Shown: positions 30,310 to 39,914 of the stretch, one piece after another
Position numbering within the stretch: the first letter of the stretch is position 1
How the letters are laid out: every line of letters begins with the position of its first letter
Source of the DNA: Alphaproteobacteria bacterium
Lineage (GTDB): Bacteria > Pseudomonadota > Alphaproteobacteria > GCA-2731375
Direction of reading: 5' to 3'
Length of the DNA stretch: 64,000 nucleotides
NCBI GenBank assembly: GCA_965225945.1
Contig: CBDDBZ010000032.1
Location: forward strand, 224,001 to 288,000
Translations under genes and position numbers: made by a program
Notes under the pieces: generated by a model
What the model was told of the DNA's origin: nothing
What the model saw: only the letters and a program-made list of their open reading frames with translations
Database searches by the model: none

Positions 30310-31908
30310 TCAGCCCGCGTCCTCGATCATCATGTCGGCCGCCTTCTCGGCGATCATGATCACCGGCGCGTTGATGTTGCCGGACGGCATCGTCGGCATG
30401 ATCGAGGCGTCGACCACGCGAAGGCCCTCCAGCCCGCGCACCCGGAGCCTCGGGTCGACCACCGCCATGGAATCGTCTTCCGGCCCCATCTTGCAGGTCC
30501 CCATGACGTGATAGGTGGTGCAGCCGGTCCGCCGCGCGTAATCCAGCAGCTCGTCGTCGCTTTGGCAAGCCTCGCCCGGGTTCATCTCGAAGGCGCGGTA
30601 TTTCGCCAGCGCATCCGCCTCGCCCACCTGGCGGGCGATCCGGATCCCGCCCACTAGCGTCTCGCGATCGATCCGTTGGTCGAGGAAATTCGGGCGGATC
30701 TTGGGCGCGGCGAAGGGGTCGGGCGAGCCGATGTGGATCGAGCCCTGGCTCTCCGGCCGGCACTGGTAGACGGCGATGGTCATGCCGGGCTCGCGGTCGA
30801 GATCGCGGGTATCGGCGCTCGCATAGCTGGCGTGGGCGAAAAAGAACTGGCAGTCCGGTGTCGCCAGCTCGGGCCGGGAGCGGACGAAGCCGTGGCCGAT
30901 GCCGCCGCTGAAGGTGAGGACGCCCTTGCGCGTCAGCGCATATTTGAGGATCTCCTTGGCGAAGCGGAGTCCCCGGGTGTCCTCGTTCAAGGTGATCGGC
31001 TGGCGGACCCGCCAGTTGAGCCGGGCGGCATAGTGATCGCGATAGTTCTCGCCGACGCCGGGCAGCGCGTGGGCGACCTCGATGCCGTTGGCGCCCAACA
31101 CTCGAGGATCGCCGATGCCGGAGAGCTCCAGCAGTTGCGGTGATTGCACCGCGCCGGCCGAGAGCACCACGGCGCCGTCGGCCCGGACCCGAGCGCGCCG
31201 GCCGCCGACGTCGAATTCGACGCCGACCACGCGCCTGGCCTCGAGCAGCAGCCGCGTCGCCCGGGCGTGGGTCTCGACCTCCAAGTTCGCCCGCCCGCGC
31301 GCCGGCTTCAAGTAAGCCGCCGCCGTGCTTTCGCGCCGGCCCTTGCGCTGGGTGACCTGGTAGTAGCCGAAGCCGTCCTGCTTCTCGCCGTTGTAGTCGG
31401 GGTTGCGCTCATGGCCGCATTCGACGCCGGCCTCGATGAAGGCGTCGATCAGTTCGTGATGCTCGTACATGTCGGCGACGTTCAAGGGCCCGCCGCCGCC
31501 CCGGATGGCGCTGCCGCCGCGCTCGAAGCGTTCGGCCTTGTTGAAGTAGGGCAGCACGTCGCCATGGCTCCAGCCGGGATTGCCGAGCTGGGCCCAGACG
31601 TCGTAGTCGAGCTGCTGGCCCCGGACGTAGAGCATGCCGTTGATCGAGCTGGAGCCGCCCAGCACCTTGCCGCGCGGGATCGGGATCCGCCGGCCCATGA
31701 CGTTGTCCTCCGGCTCGGTCTCGAAGCGCCAGTTGAGCCTCGGGTGGTTCAACAGCTTGGTGAAGCCGACCGGCACGTGGATCCAGATGTTGCGGTCCTT
31801 GCCGCCGGCTTCCAGCAGCAGGACCTTGTTCTTGGATTGCGCGCTCAACCGGTTGGCCATGACGCAGCCGGCCGAGCCGGCGCCGACGACGATGTAGTCG
31901 TAGCTCAT
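30310..31908 (-). CDS. GMC family oxidoreductase (choline dehydrogenase-like)
   Basis: [36 protein letters not shown]. Confidence 0.93.
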   Translation of the reverse strand: MSYDYIVVGAGSAGCVMANRLSAQSKNKVLLLEAGGKDRNIWIHVPVGFTKLLNHPRLNWRFETEPEDNVMGRRIPIPRGKVLGGSSSINGMLYVRGQQLDYDVWAQLGNPGWSHGDVLPYFNKAERFERGGSAIRGGGGPLNVADMYEHHELIDAFIEAGVECGHERNPDYNGEKQDGFGYYQVTQRKGRRESTAAAYLKPARGRANLEVETHARATRLLLEARRVVGVEFDVGGRRARVRADGAVVLSAGAVQSPQLLELSGIGDPRVLGANGIEVAHALPGVGENYRDHYAARLNWRVRQPITLNEDTRGLRFAKEILKYALTRKGVLTFSGGIGHGFVRSRPELATPDCQFFFAHASYASADTRDLDREPGMTIAVYQCRPESQGSIHIGSPDPFAAPKIRPNFLDQRIDRETLVGGIRIARQVGEADALAKYRAFEMNPGEACQSDDELLDYARRTGCTTYHVMGTCKMGPEDDSMAVVDPRLRVRGLEGLRVVDASIMPTMPSGNINAPVIMIAEKAADMMIEDAG

Positions 31909-31991
31909 CGCTTCCCCTCCCCCGCGACCTGCCCGCGAGAGCCTAGCGCGACGGCGCGCGCGAGCGAAGCGAAGGATTTTTTAATCGCGAA

Positions 31992-33206
31992 CTACAGTCC
32001 CAGTTCGGCCTTGGCGATGATGTTGCGCTGGATCTCGTTGGAGCCGGAATAGATCGAGACCTTGCGAAAGTGCAGATAGGCGGGCGTGCAGCCGTTGGCG
32101 TACTCCGCGCCGATCGGCGGCTCGTTCCAGCCGTGGCTGAGCGCCGACAGGAGATAGGGCATGCCATAGTAGCCGACCGCCATCACCTTCAATTCGGTCA
32201 ACCGCTGGTGGATCTCGGCTTGGCGGATTTTGAAGTGGTTGGCCTCGACGCCGATGACCTTCGTACCCAGCGCGCCGTCGCGGGAATAGCTGTCGATGGC
32301 GCGCAGGTTGATCGCCTCCAGCGTGGCGAGCGCCAACGCGACCTCGGCGATTTGGCGCGCGAAGTCGGGGTCCTGGTCGAGCGGACGGCCGCCGGCCGTC
32401 TCGTCCTCGGCGGCGATCCGTTTCAATTGGCGAAGCAAGGTCTTGTGGCTACCGAGGGAGCCGCCGGAAATCCGCTCGTGCGCCAGGAGGTACTTGGCGA
32501 TGCCCCAGCCCCGGTCGATCTCGCCGACGGTGTTGGCGAGGGGCACCCGGACGTCGGTGAAGAACACCCGGTTGGTGTCGTGCAGGCCGTCCATCAGGAT
32601 GATCGGCTCGATCTCGATTCCCGGGCTCGCCAGGTCGACCAGGACGAAGCTGATCCCCTCCTGCTTCTTGCCCCCCTGGGCCGTCCGGACCAGCAGAAAG
32701 CACCAATCGGCCCAATGCGCCTTGGTGGTCCAGAGCTTGGCGCCGTTGATCACCCAGTCCTCGCCGTCGCGCACCGCGCGGGTCCTGAGCGAGGCCAGGT
32801 CCGAACCCGCCTCCGGCTCCGAATAGCCCTGGCACCAGACATGCTCGGCCGAGAGCATCGGCGGCAGGAAGCGGCGTTTCTGCGCAGCCGTGCCATGGGC
32901 CATCAGCACCGGGCCACACATGTTGAGGCCGAAGGTGACCAGGCGCGGCGCGCCGGCGAGGCCGAGCTCCTCGTCGAAGATGTACTTTTGCGTGAGCGTC
33001 CAGCCGGGACCGCCGTGCTCCTCGGGCCAGTTCGGCGCGACCCAGCCTCGGGCGTGGAGAATCCGGTGCCAGCCGATTACATCCTCGCGCTTGAGCTCGA
33101 TGCCGTTCTCGACCTTGTAACGGAGCGCCTCGGGCAGCGCGCGAGCGAGGAAGGCGCGCACCTCGCGGCGAAAGGCGTCGTCGGATTCCTCGAAGCGGAT
33201 ATCCAT
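31992..33206 (-). CDS. Acyl-CoA dehydrogenase
   Basis: WCQGYSEPEAGSDLASL, NGAKLWTT, IYSGSNEIQRNII. Confidence 0.93.
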   Translation of the reverse strand: MDIRFEESDDAFRREVRAFLARALPEALRYKVENGIELKREDVIGWHRILHARGWVAPNWPEEHGGPGWTLTQKYIFDEELGLAGAPRLVTFGLNMCGPVLMAHGTAAQKRRFLPPMLSAEHVWCQGYSEPEAGSDLASLRTRAVRDGEDWVINGAKLWTTKAHWADWCFLLVRTAQGGKKQEGISFVLVDLASPGIEIEPIILMDGLHDTNRVFFTDVRVPLANTVGEIDRGWGIAKYLLAHERISGGSLGSHKTLLRQLKRIAAEDETAGGRPLDQDPDFARQIAEVALALATLEAINLRAIDSYSRDGALGTKVIGVEANHFKIRQAEIHQRLTELKVMAVGYYGMPYLLSALSHGWNEPPIGAEYANGCTPAYLHFRKVSIYSGSNEIQRNIIAKAELGL

Positions 33207-33364
33207 GGCGGGCGCGCCCGTGCGGGTCGTCGGGCGAGGTCCGAGCGTACGCCAGAGCCCCGGGGATGATCCAGGCCGCTTCACGGCGCCGGTCGCGCGG
33301 CGTATAGAGGGCCGGCGCGCCGAGCCGAGGTCGCGCCCGCCGGTGAACGAGGATCCGCCCCGCC

Positions 33365-34576
33365 ATGCTCGATCGAAGCGAGGAGCAAAAGGACAAGCTG
33401 GCGATCATCTTCTCGAACGTCGGCCACACTTATACCCACTTGTTCACGGTGCTCTACGCCACCGCCGTGCTCTACCTGCCCAAGGTCTTCGAGCTGCCCT
33501 ACGGCGAGATGTTGAGTCTCTCGAGCCTCGGCCTGGTGCTGTTCGGCGTGGCCGCGGTGCCGGCCGGCTGGCTCGCCGACCGCTGGAGCCGGATCGCCAT
33601 GTTGGTGGTGTTCTTCGTCGGCATGGGGGGCGGCGCGATCGTCACCGGGCTCGCGGACGGGCCGGAGATGCTGTTCGTCGGCCTGACCCTGATCGGCCTC
33701 TTCGCCGCGATCTATCACCCCGTCGGCATCGCCTGGATCGTCGCCTCGGCCAGGCGCCAGGGCATGTCGCTCGGCATCAACGGGGTCTTCGGCAACATCG
33801 GCAACGCCATCGCGCCGATCTTCGTCGGCCTGATGATCGACTATGTCGATTGGCGCGCAGCCTTCGTGCTGCCCGGCATCCTTTCGGTGCTGAGCGGCTT
33901 CGCCCTGCTGGTGGCCTGGCGGCGCGGCTGGGTCAGCGAAGCGACGACGGACCGGGCGCCCGCGCCCGCGCCCGATTCCGGTGCCTTGGTCCGGGTCTTC
34001 ATCGTGCTCACCATCACCATGGCCTGCACCGGATTCGTTTATGCCGGCCTCGCCAACACCATGCCGAAGCTGTTCGAATTGGGCCTCGGGCCCGAGCTCG
34101 TGGGCAGCTATACCCGGATCGGCGTCTTCGTCGGCGTGATCACCGGTTTTGCCTCGTTCAGCAGCATGATCGGCGGCTGGCTGGCGGATCGCTTCGCGGC
34201 GCGCTCGATTTACTTCGTCTTCTGGACCTTGCAGGTGCCGCTGCTGTTCGTCGTCGTCTCGCTCACCGGCGCCTCGCTGCTGGTCGCGACCTTCCTGGTG
34301 TTGAGCTTCAACCTTGCCTTCACGGCGGCCGAGAACATGCTGGTTGCCCACTACACGCCCTTCCGCTGGCGCTCGCTCGCCTATGGCGCCAAGTTCGTGC
34401 TGGCCTTGGGCGTCGGCGGGCTGACGGTGCATCTCGCCGGCTCGATGTTCGATCGGGACGGCGGCTTCGCGCTGCTCTATAGCCTCTTCGCCGTGGCGGC
34501 GATCGCGGCGGCGGTGATCGCGCTCCTGCTGCCGGGCCGCCGGCGCCCGGCCACGGTCCCCCTCGGCGCCGATTGA
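33365..34576 (+). CDS. MFS transporter
   Basis: ~12 TM, GWLADRWSR motif A, YHPVG. Confidence 0.9.
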   Translation: MLDRSEEQKDKLAIIFSNVGHTYTHLFTVLYATAVLYLPKVFELPYGEMLSLSSLGLVLFGVAAVPAGWLADRWSRIAMLVVFFVGMGGGAIVTGLADGPEMLFVGLTLIGLFAAIYHPVGIAWIVASARRQGMSLGINGVFGNIGNAIAPIFVGLMIDYVDWRAAFVLPGILSVLSGFALLVAWRRGWVSEATTDRAPAPAPDSGALVRVFIVLTITMACTGFVYAGLANTMPKLFELGLGPELVGSYTRIGVFVGVITGFASFSSMIGGWLADRFAARSIYFVFWTLQVPLLFVVVSLTGASLLVATFLVLSFNLAFTAAENMLVAHYTPFRWRSLAYGAKFVLALGVGGLTVHLAGSMFDRDGGFALLYSLFAVAAIAAAVIALLLPGRRRPATVPLGAD

Positions 34577-34690
34577 CCTCAGCTTTCGGCGCCCAAGGAG
34601 CGCCCGCCGAGCCGCCTCGAGGGCGGATTCGGCCGCATCAACACGGGAAATAGGATTGCGAGGCGAAAGCCGGTGGGACTTATTTCACGA

Positions 34691-36175
34691 TCAGCGAATC
34701 CAGGCCAAGGCGTAGTATACGGCCGCCGAGATGGTCGCGGTTGCCGGCACGGTGATGAGCCACGCCGCGATGATGGTGAGGAAATGGCTGCGTCTAACCA
34801 GCTTGCGGTGGCGCAATTCCTCGGCTCCAAGCGCGATTTCGCCAGCCTTGCCGGCGTCGCGGCGCTGGCCGACGATCTTCCGCCGCTTCTTGCTGTGCTT
34901 GGTAAAGTACTCGCGAAAGAACCCAACGCCGAAGACCGCCCCCACCGCGATATGCGTGGAAGAGACGGGCAAGCCGAACCACGAGGCGACGATCACCGTG
35001 ATTGCCGCCGACAAGGCGACGCAATAGGCCCGCATCGGGTTCATCTTGGTGATTTTGTCACCGACCATCCGGATCAGCTTGGGGCCGTAGAGGAAGAGCC
35101 CCAGGCTGATCCCGAAGGCGCCGATCATCATGATCCACGTCGGGATCTCGACCTTTCCGGCGACGTCACCGAACTGAACGCTATGCAGGATGGCGGCCAG
35201 GGGCGCGATCGCGTTGGCCACGTCGTTGGCCCCGTGCGCGAAGGACAGCAACGCGGCGGAGCAAATCAGAGGAATGCGAAACAGCGTCCTGAGCGATTGG
35301 TTGCGGTTTTCCATCCCCGCCGACTGCCGCCAAATCAGCGGGCGCATCACCAGCCAGGTGATCGCGAAGCAAACCAAACCGATCATCGCCGTCGTGACTT
35401 GGCTCGGATGCCAGACGCGCTTGAGCCCCTTGACCGACAGATAATATGCGAAGGCACCGGCCATGATCGCCACGAGTAACGGCACCCAGCGCCGTGCCGC
35501 GGCGATCTTGTCGTCCTGGTAGATTACCTTGATTTTTATCAAGGCGAGGAACAGGGCGGCAATGACGCCGCCCATGACCGGCGAGAGTATCCAACTCGCG
35601 GCGATCGCGCCCATGGTCCCCCAATTGACGAGTTGGAATCCAACGGCGGCGATGCCCGCCCCCACCACGCCGCCGACCACCGCATGCGTGGTCGAGACAG
35701 GGGCGCCGATATAGGTCGCCAGATTGACCCAAACCGCCGAGGAAATGAGTGCCGCCATCATCGCCCAGACGAAAGTGCTGCTGTCGGCGACCTGGGCCGG
35801 ATCGATGATGCCCTTCGACACCGTCGCCACCACGTCGCCGCCCGCGATCAGCGCGCCCGCGCTCTCGAAGACCGCCGCGATCAGCAAGGCACCGACCATG
35901 GTCAGCGCGCGCGAGCCGACCGCCGGGCCGACGTTGTTGGCGACGTCGTTGGCGCCGATGTTGAGCGCCATGTAACCGCCTAGGATCGCGGCGAAAATGA
36001 CCGTCGCGGTATCGGCGGCGACGCCGGATTGGATGGCGGCGATCAGCGCGGTCGAACCGAGGAAGACCAGCGCGAAGCCGTGCGAAGCGATACCGCTCGC
36101 CGTCGTACGGACCGCCACCTCGACGTGAACGATCTTCTCGAGGTCCTTGTCGAGCGTTTGTTTCGTCGGGGTCAT
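34691..36175 (-). CDS. pit: Inorganic phosphate transporter (PiT family)
   Basis: Two GANDVAN signatures, PVSTTH / PVSSTH. Confidence 0.93.
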   Translation of the reverse strand: MTPTKQTLDKDLEKIVHVEVAVRTTASGIASHGFALVFLGSTALIAAIQSGVAADTATVIFAAILGGYMALNIGANDVANNVGPAVGSRALTMVGALLIAAVFESAGALIAGGDVVATVSKGIIDPAQVADSSTFVWAMMAALISSAVWVNLATYIGAPVSTTHAVVGGVVGAGIAAVGFQLVNWGTMGAIAASWILSPVMGGVIAALFLALIKIKVIYQDDKIAAARRWVPLLVAIMAGAFAYYLSVKGLKRVWHPSQVTTAMIGLVCFAITWLVMRPLIWRQSAGMENRNQSLRTLFRIPLICSAALLSFAHGANDVANAIAPLAAILHSVQFGDVAGKVEIPTWIMMIGAFGISLGLFLYGPKLIRMVGDKITKMNPMRAYCVALSAAITVIVASWFGLPVSSTHIAVGAVFGVGFFREYFTKHSKKRRKIVGQRRDAGKAGEIALGAEELRHRKLVRRSHFLTIIAAWLITVPATATISAAVYYALAWIR

Positions 36176-36602
36176 GAATAGTTACTTCAGGTGGTCGTGG
36201 GAGTGGCCGCCTGGCGCGGTCTGCCTACCTGCCACGCTCGTCGAGTCAGTGTATCGAAAGCCTGAAATGCTCGTGCCGAGGCCGTCGTTCGCTCGGGGCT
36301 TCTCGTGGCGCCGAGCGGCGCGCCTTCGCTACCCGTCAAGTCCTCGAGAATACCGGCCAAGCCATCAACATCCAAAAGGCCCGACGGCTCCAAACCCCTT
36401 CTCGGCCTCCCACCTCGAATTTGATTATGAATCGAATCTATCACCAATTCGCAAGCGCTTCACCCATCGTCTTTCGGCTCGCGCGGAGCGCGCGTTTCTT
36501 GGTCTATCGCCGGGCCGCCGTTCCGACCTATGATGGGCCGGAGCGCCACGACGCAATGGGGCTCCGCGCGCGGAGCCTTCGCCAGCCGCAGGGGAGAGAG
36601 CC

Positions 36603-37394
36603 GTGCTCGTCGAGCAAATCTGGACCGCCAACGCATACCGAAATTTCAACTACCTGATCGCCTGTCCCGAGACCGGCGAAGCGCTCGCGATCGATCCCCT
36701 CGACCACGAAAAGTGCCTGGCCAAGGCCAAGGACAAGGGCTGGGAGATCACCCAGATCGTCAACACCCATGAGCACGGCGATCACACCGGCGGCAACAAG
36801 GCGATGATCGAGGCCACCGGCGCGCGCCTCCTCGCGCACGCCAACGCCCGCGACAAGATTCGGGGCATGGACACGGGGCTCGGCGCCGGCGACGTGGTCA
36901 AGGTCGGCCGTACCGTGGAGCTGGAGGCCCTCGATACCCCCGGCCATACCATGAGCCACGTCTGCCTGCTGTCACGGACGGAACAGCCGGCGCTGTTCTG
37001 CGGCGACACGCTGTTCAACGCGGGCGCCGGCAACTGCCACAACGGCGGCCATCCGAACGAGCTCTACCAGACCTTCGTCGAGCAGTTGTCGCGGCTCCCC
37101 GACGCCACCATGATCTATCCGGGCCACGACTACATCGAGAACAACCTCCGCTTCACCCTCGACCGGGAGCCGGACAATGCCCGGGCCAAGGCGTTGCTGG
37201 ACGAAATCGGCGATCAGGACACGGACGCGGCGATGGTGACGACCCTGGCGCTGGAGAAGGAGGTGAATACTTTTTTCCGCCTCGCCAATCCCTCGGTTGC
37301 CCAGGCGCTTCGCGAGAGCTTCCCCGACCTTCCCGTCGAACTCGACGCCAAGACCGTGTTCTTGAAGCTTCGGGAGTTGCGCAACAGCTGGTGA
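36603..37394 (+). CDS. gloB: Hydroxyacylglutathione hydrolase family MBL-fold protein
   Basis: THEHGDHTGG, TPGHT, GDTLF, PGHDY. Confidence 0.8.
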   Translation: MLVEQIWTANAYRNFNYLIACPETGEALAIDPLDHEKCLAKAKDKGWEITQIVNTHEHGDHTGGNKAMIEATGARLLAHANARDKIRGMDTGLGAGDVVKVGRTVELEALDTPGHTMSHVCLLSRTEQPALFCGDTLFNAGAGNCHNGGHPNELYQTFVEQLSRLPDATMIYPGHDYIENNLRFTLDREPDNARAKALLDEIGDQDTDAAMVTTLALEKEVNTFFRLANPSVAQALRESFPDLPVELDAKTVFLKLRELRNSW

Positions 37395-37431
37395 ACGTTT
37401 CGACCCACGGACGTCGCGGGCCGCCGCTCGC

Positions 37432-38685
37432 GTGACCGTCCAGGGGGGCACGGGCCCCGCCGCGTTGCTGGCCGAGGGCGAATTCGTCAAGATCTGGCTT
37501 GCCGGCGCCGCCGCCAATACGGCTCGCTGGGTCGAGATCCTGGCGATCGGCGTCTTCGTCTTCGATACCACCGGCTCGCCGTTCCTGGTGGCCTCGATGG
37601 TGGTCTTGCGCGCCCTGCCGATCTTCCTCTTCGGCTCGCTGGCGGGCGCGCTCGCCGCCAACCTGGATCGCAGACGTTTCTACATGACGGCCCTGGTGGC
37701 CATGTTGCTCGTCGCCATCGGCCTCGCCGCCACCGCGCAAGCCGGCGCCATCCCGCTCTGGCTGATCGCGCTCGGCGCCTTCCTTTCCGGCGTCGCCTGG
37801 TCGAGCGAGCATCCGGTCCGCCGCGTGCTCCTGAGCGAGATCGCCGGGCGGGAGCGCCTGGGCGCGGCCATGGCGCTGGAATCGGCGAGCAACAACGCCA
37901 CGCGTCTGGTCGGGCCGCTTTTGGGCGGCCTGACCTACGAGCTGGCGGGCCTGGCCGGCGCCTACATGATCGGCGTGGCGCTGCTCCTCCTCGCCCTGGT
38001 GGGGATGGCGACGCTCCGGCCTCGGGCGCCGTCGGGCGCGGGGCCTCGGGGTCGCCTTCTGGCCAACCTGTCGGAGGGGTTCCGTTACGTCCGTCGCAGC
38101 CGCGCCGTGCTCGGCGTGCTGGCGGTGACGATGATCCTGAACGTCTTCGGTTTTCCCTACGCCGTCATGATCCCGGTCATCGGCAAGGACGTCATGGGAC
38201 TGGGACCCACCCTGGTGGGCGGGCTTTCGGCGGTGGAGGCCCTGGGTGCGCTGGTCGCCGCCACGCTGGGCGCGATTGTCCTGCGCCCGCCCTGGTATGG
38301 CCGCGCCTATCTCTACGGCTCGGCCGCCTTCCTCGTCTCGGTGCTGATCTTCTCCTTCGTCGACGGCTTCGCGCCCGCCCTGGTCGTCTTGGGCGTAGGC
38401 GGGCTCGGCGCCGCCGGCTTCGCCATCATGCAAGGCACCTTGATCATGCTGGCGGTACCCTTCGAGATGCGGAGCCGCGCCATGGGGCTGCTCGCCGTCG
38501 CTATCGGCACCGGCCCGCTCGGCCTGCTGCATCTCGGGCTGATGGCGGATTGGCTCGGTGCCCAGCAGGCGGTGACGGTGATGTCGCTGGAGGGTCTGGC
38601 GCTGTTGCTCGCGGCGGCGCTGTATTGGCCGGAGCTGCGCGGGCCGCCGCGCACGCCGATCGAGGACGATCCACGCGTCAGGTAA
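37432..38685 (+). CDS. MFS transporter
   Basis: ~12 TM, TRLVGPLLGG, MRSRAMG. Confidence 0.88.
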   Translation: MTVQGGTGPAALLAEGEFVKIWLAGAAANTARWVEILAIGVFVFDTTGSPFLVASMVVLRALPIFLFGSLAGALAANLDRRRFYMTALVAMLLVAIGLAATAQAGAIPLWLIALGAFLSGVAWSSEHPVRRVLLSEIAGRERLGAAMALESASNNATRLVGPLLGGLTYELAGLAGAYMIGVALLLLALVGMATLRPRAPSGAGPRGRLLANLSEGFRYVRRSRAVLGVLAVTMILNVFGFPYAVMIPVIGKDVMGLGPTLVGGLSAVEALGALVAATLGAIVLRPPWYGRAYLYGSAAFLVSVLIFSFVDGFAPALVVLGVGGLGAAGFAIMQGTLIMLAVPFEMRSRAMGLLAVAIGTGPLGLLHLGLMADWLGAQQAVTVMSLEGLALLLAAALYWPELRGPPRTPIEDDPRVR

Positions 38686-38818
38686 CGGAGCGGCGTATCT
38701 TGTTGGCCGGCCGGTCCCCTTCCCGTCCCGCCATCACCGCCTCCAGCGCCTCGACCGCCCGGAGGATGTCCAGATGGCCGAGAGCAAGCGGCGAAAGGCC
38801 GAAGCGCAGGATGTCCGG
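38678..38818 (-). pseudogene. C-terminal remnant of a kynureninase-like gene
   Basis: PDILRFGLSPLALGHLDILRAVEALEAVM resembles the KynU C-terminus. Confidence 0.6.
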
Positions 38819-38900
38819 CGACGAATTGCCGGTCGCGGCAGCAACACGCCATCTCCACTTCTTCGACTCCGAAAGCGGCACCCGCCTCCACGCCGCCTAG
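38817..38900 (+). pseudogene. C-terminal remnant of a UgpC/MalK-type ABC ATPase (TOBE end)
   Basis: GDELPVAAATRHLHFFDSESGTRL*, stop 2 bp before the GDPD start. Confidence 0.55.
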
Positions 38901-38902
38901 CC

Positions 38903-39883
38903 GTGCGCAAGGTCCTCGCCCTCGCCTCGGTCCTCCTCGTCGTCACCTGCGCGGCTTCCGCCTTCGATCTGCAAGGCCACCGCGGCGCCCGGGGCCTGGC
39001 GCCGGAGAACACGCTCGCCGGTTTCGCCGTGGCGCTCGGCCTCGGCGTCACGACGCTGGAACTCGACGTCGGCGTCAGCGCCGATGGCGTGGTCGTGGTC
39101 AGCCATGACGCGGTGCTCAACCCCAGCCTGGCGCGGGGCCCGGACGGCGAATACGTGCCCACGCGCGAGCGGCGAATTCGCGACCTGAGCCTGGCGGAGC
39201 TTCGCCGCTACGATGTCGGCCGAATCAAGCCCGGGAGCCGTTACGCCGGCCGCTTCCCCGAGCAGCGAACGGTGGACGGCGCTGGCATTCCGACGCTGGC
39301 AGAGGTGTTCGAGCTGACCGCGAAGGCGGGCAACGATTCGGTCCGCTTCAACATCGAGACCAAGATCCGCCCGACGGCGCCGGACGCCACGGTCTCGCCC
39401 GAGGTCTTCGTCGAGGCGCTGCTCGCCGCGATTCGATCGGCCGGCCTCGCCCGGCGGGTGACGATCCAATCGTTCGATTGGCGCACGCTCCGCCTGGTGC
39501 AGGCGCGTGAGCCGGCGATTCCCACCGTCTGCCTGACGGTGGAAGCCCGCTGGCTCGACAACGTCCAGCGCGGCGAGCCCGGCGCCTCGCCCTGGACGGC
39601 GGGCGTCGACTTCGACGATGGCGGCGGAATCGCCGACATGGCACGCCGCGCCGGCTGCGCCGTCTGGTCGCCCTATCACGAGAATCTGACGCCCGCGGAA
39701 TTGGCCCAGGCCCGGGCGGCGGGCCTGCGGGTCGTGCCGTGGACGGTGAACGAACCCGAACGCATGACCGAACTGATCGACTTAGGCGTCGACGGCCTGA
39801 TCACCGATTTCCCCGATCGGCTGCGCAAGGTCATGGCCGCCCGCGCCATGGCGCTGCCGGCCCCCACGCCGGTGAAACCTTGA
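38903..39883 (+). CDS. Secreted glycerophosphodiester phosphodiesterase
   Basis: Signal peptide, DLQGHRGARGLAPENT, ELDV..SHD, NIETK, IQSFDW, GLITDFP. Confidence 0.92.
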   Translation: MRKVLALASVLLVVTCAASAFDLQGHRGARGLAPENTLAGFAVALGLGVTTLELDVGVSADGVVVVSHDAVLNPSLARGPDGEYVPTRERRIRDLSLAELRRYDVGRIKPGSRYAGRFPEQRTVDGAGIPTLAEVFELTAKAGNDSVRFNIETKIRPTAPDATVSPEVFVEALLAAIRSAGLARRVTIQSFDWRTLRLVQAREPAIPTVCLTVEARWLDNVQRGEPGASPWTAGVDFDDGGGIADMARRAGCAVWSPYHENLTPAELAQARAAGLRVVPWTVNEPERMTELIDLGVDGLITDFPDRLRKVMAARAMALPAPTPVKP

Positions 39884-39914
39884 AGCGGCGATCGCTCGCC
39901 GGCGATCTCGTTTC

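Noticed and set aside
36167-36173. ggggtca at the pit start as another palindrome end
   Set aside because: Lies in coding sequence (MTP) with no partner tgacccc nearby
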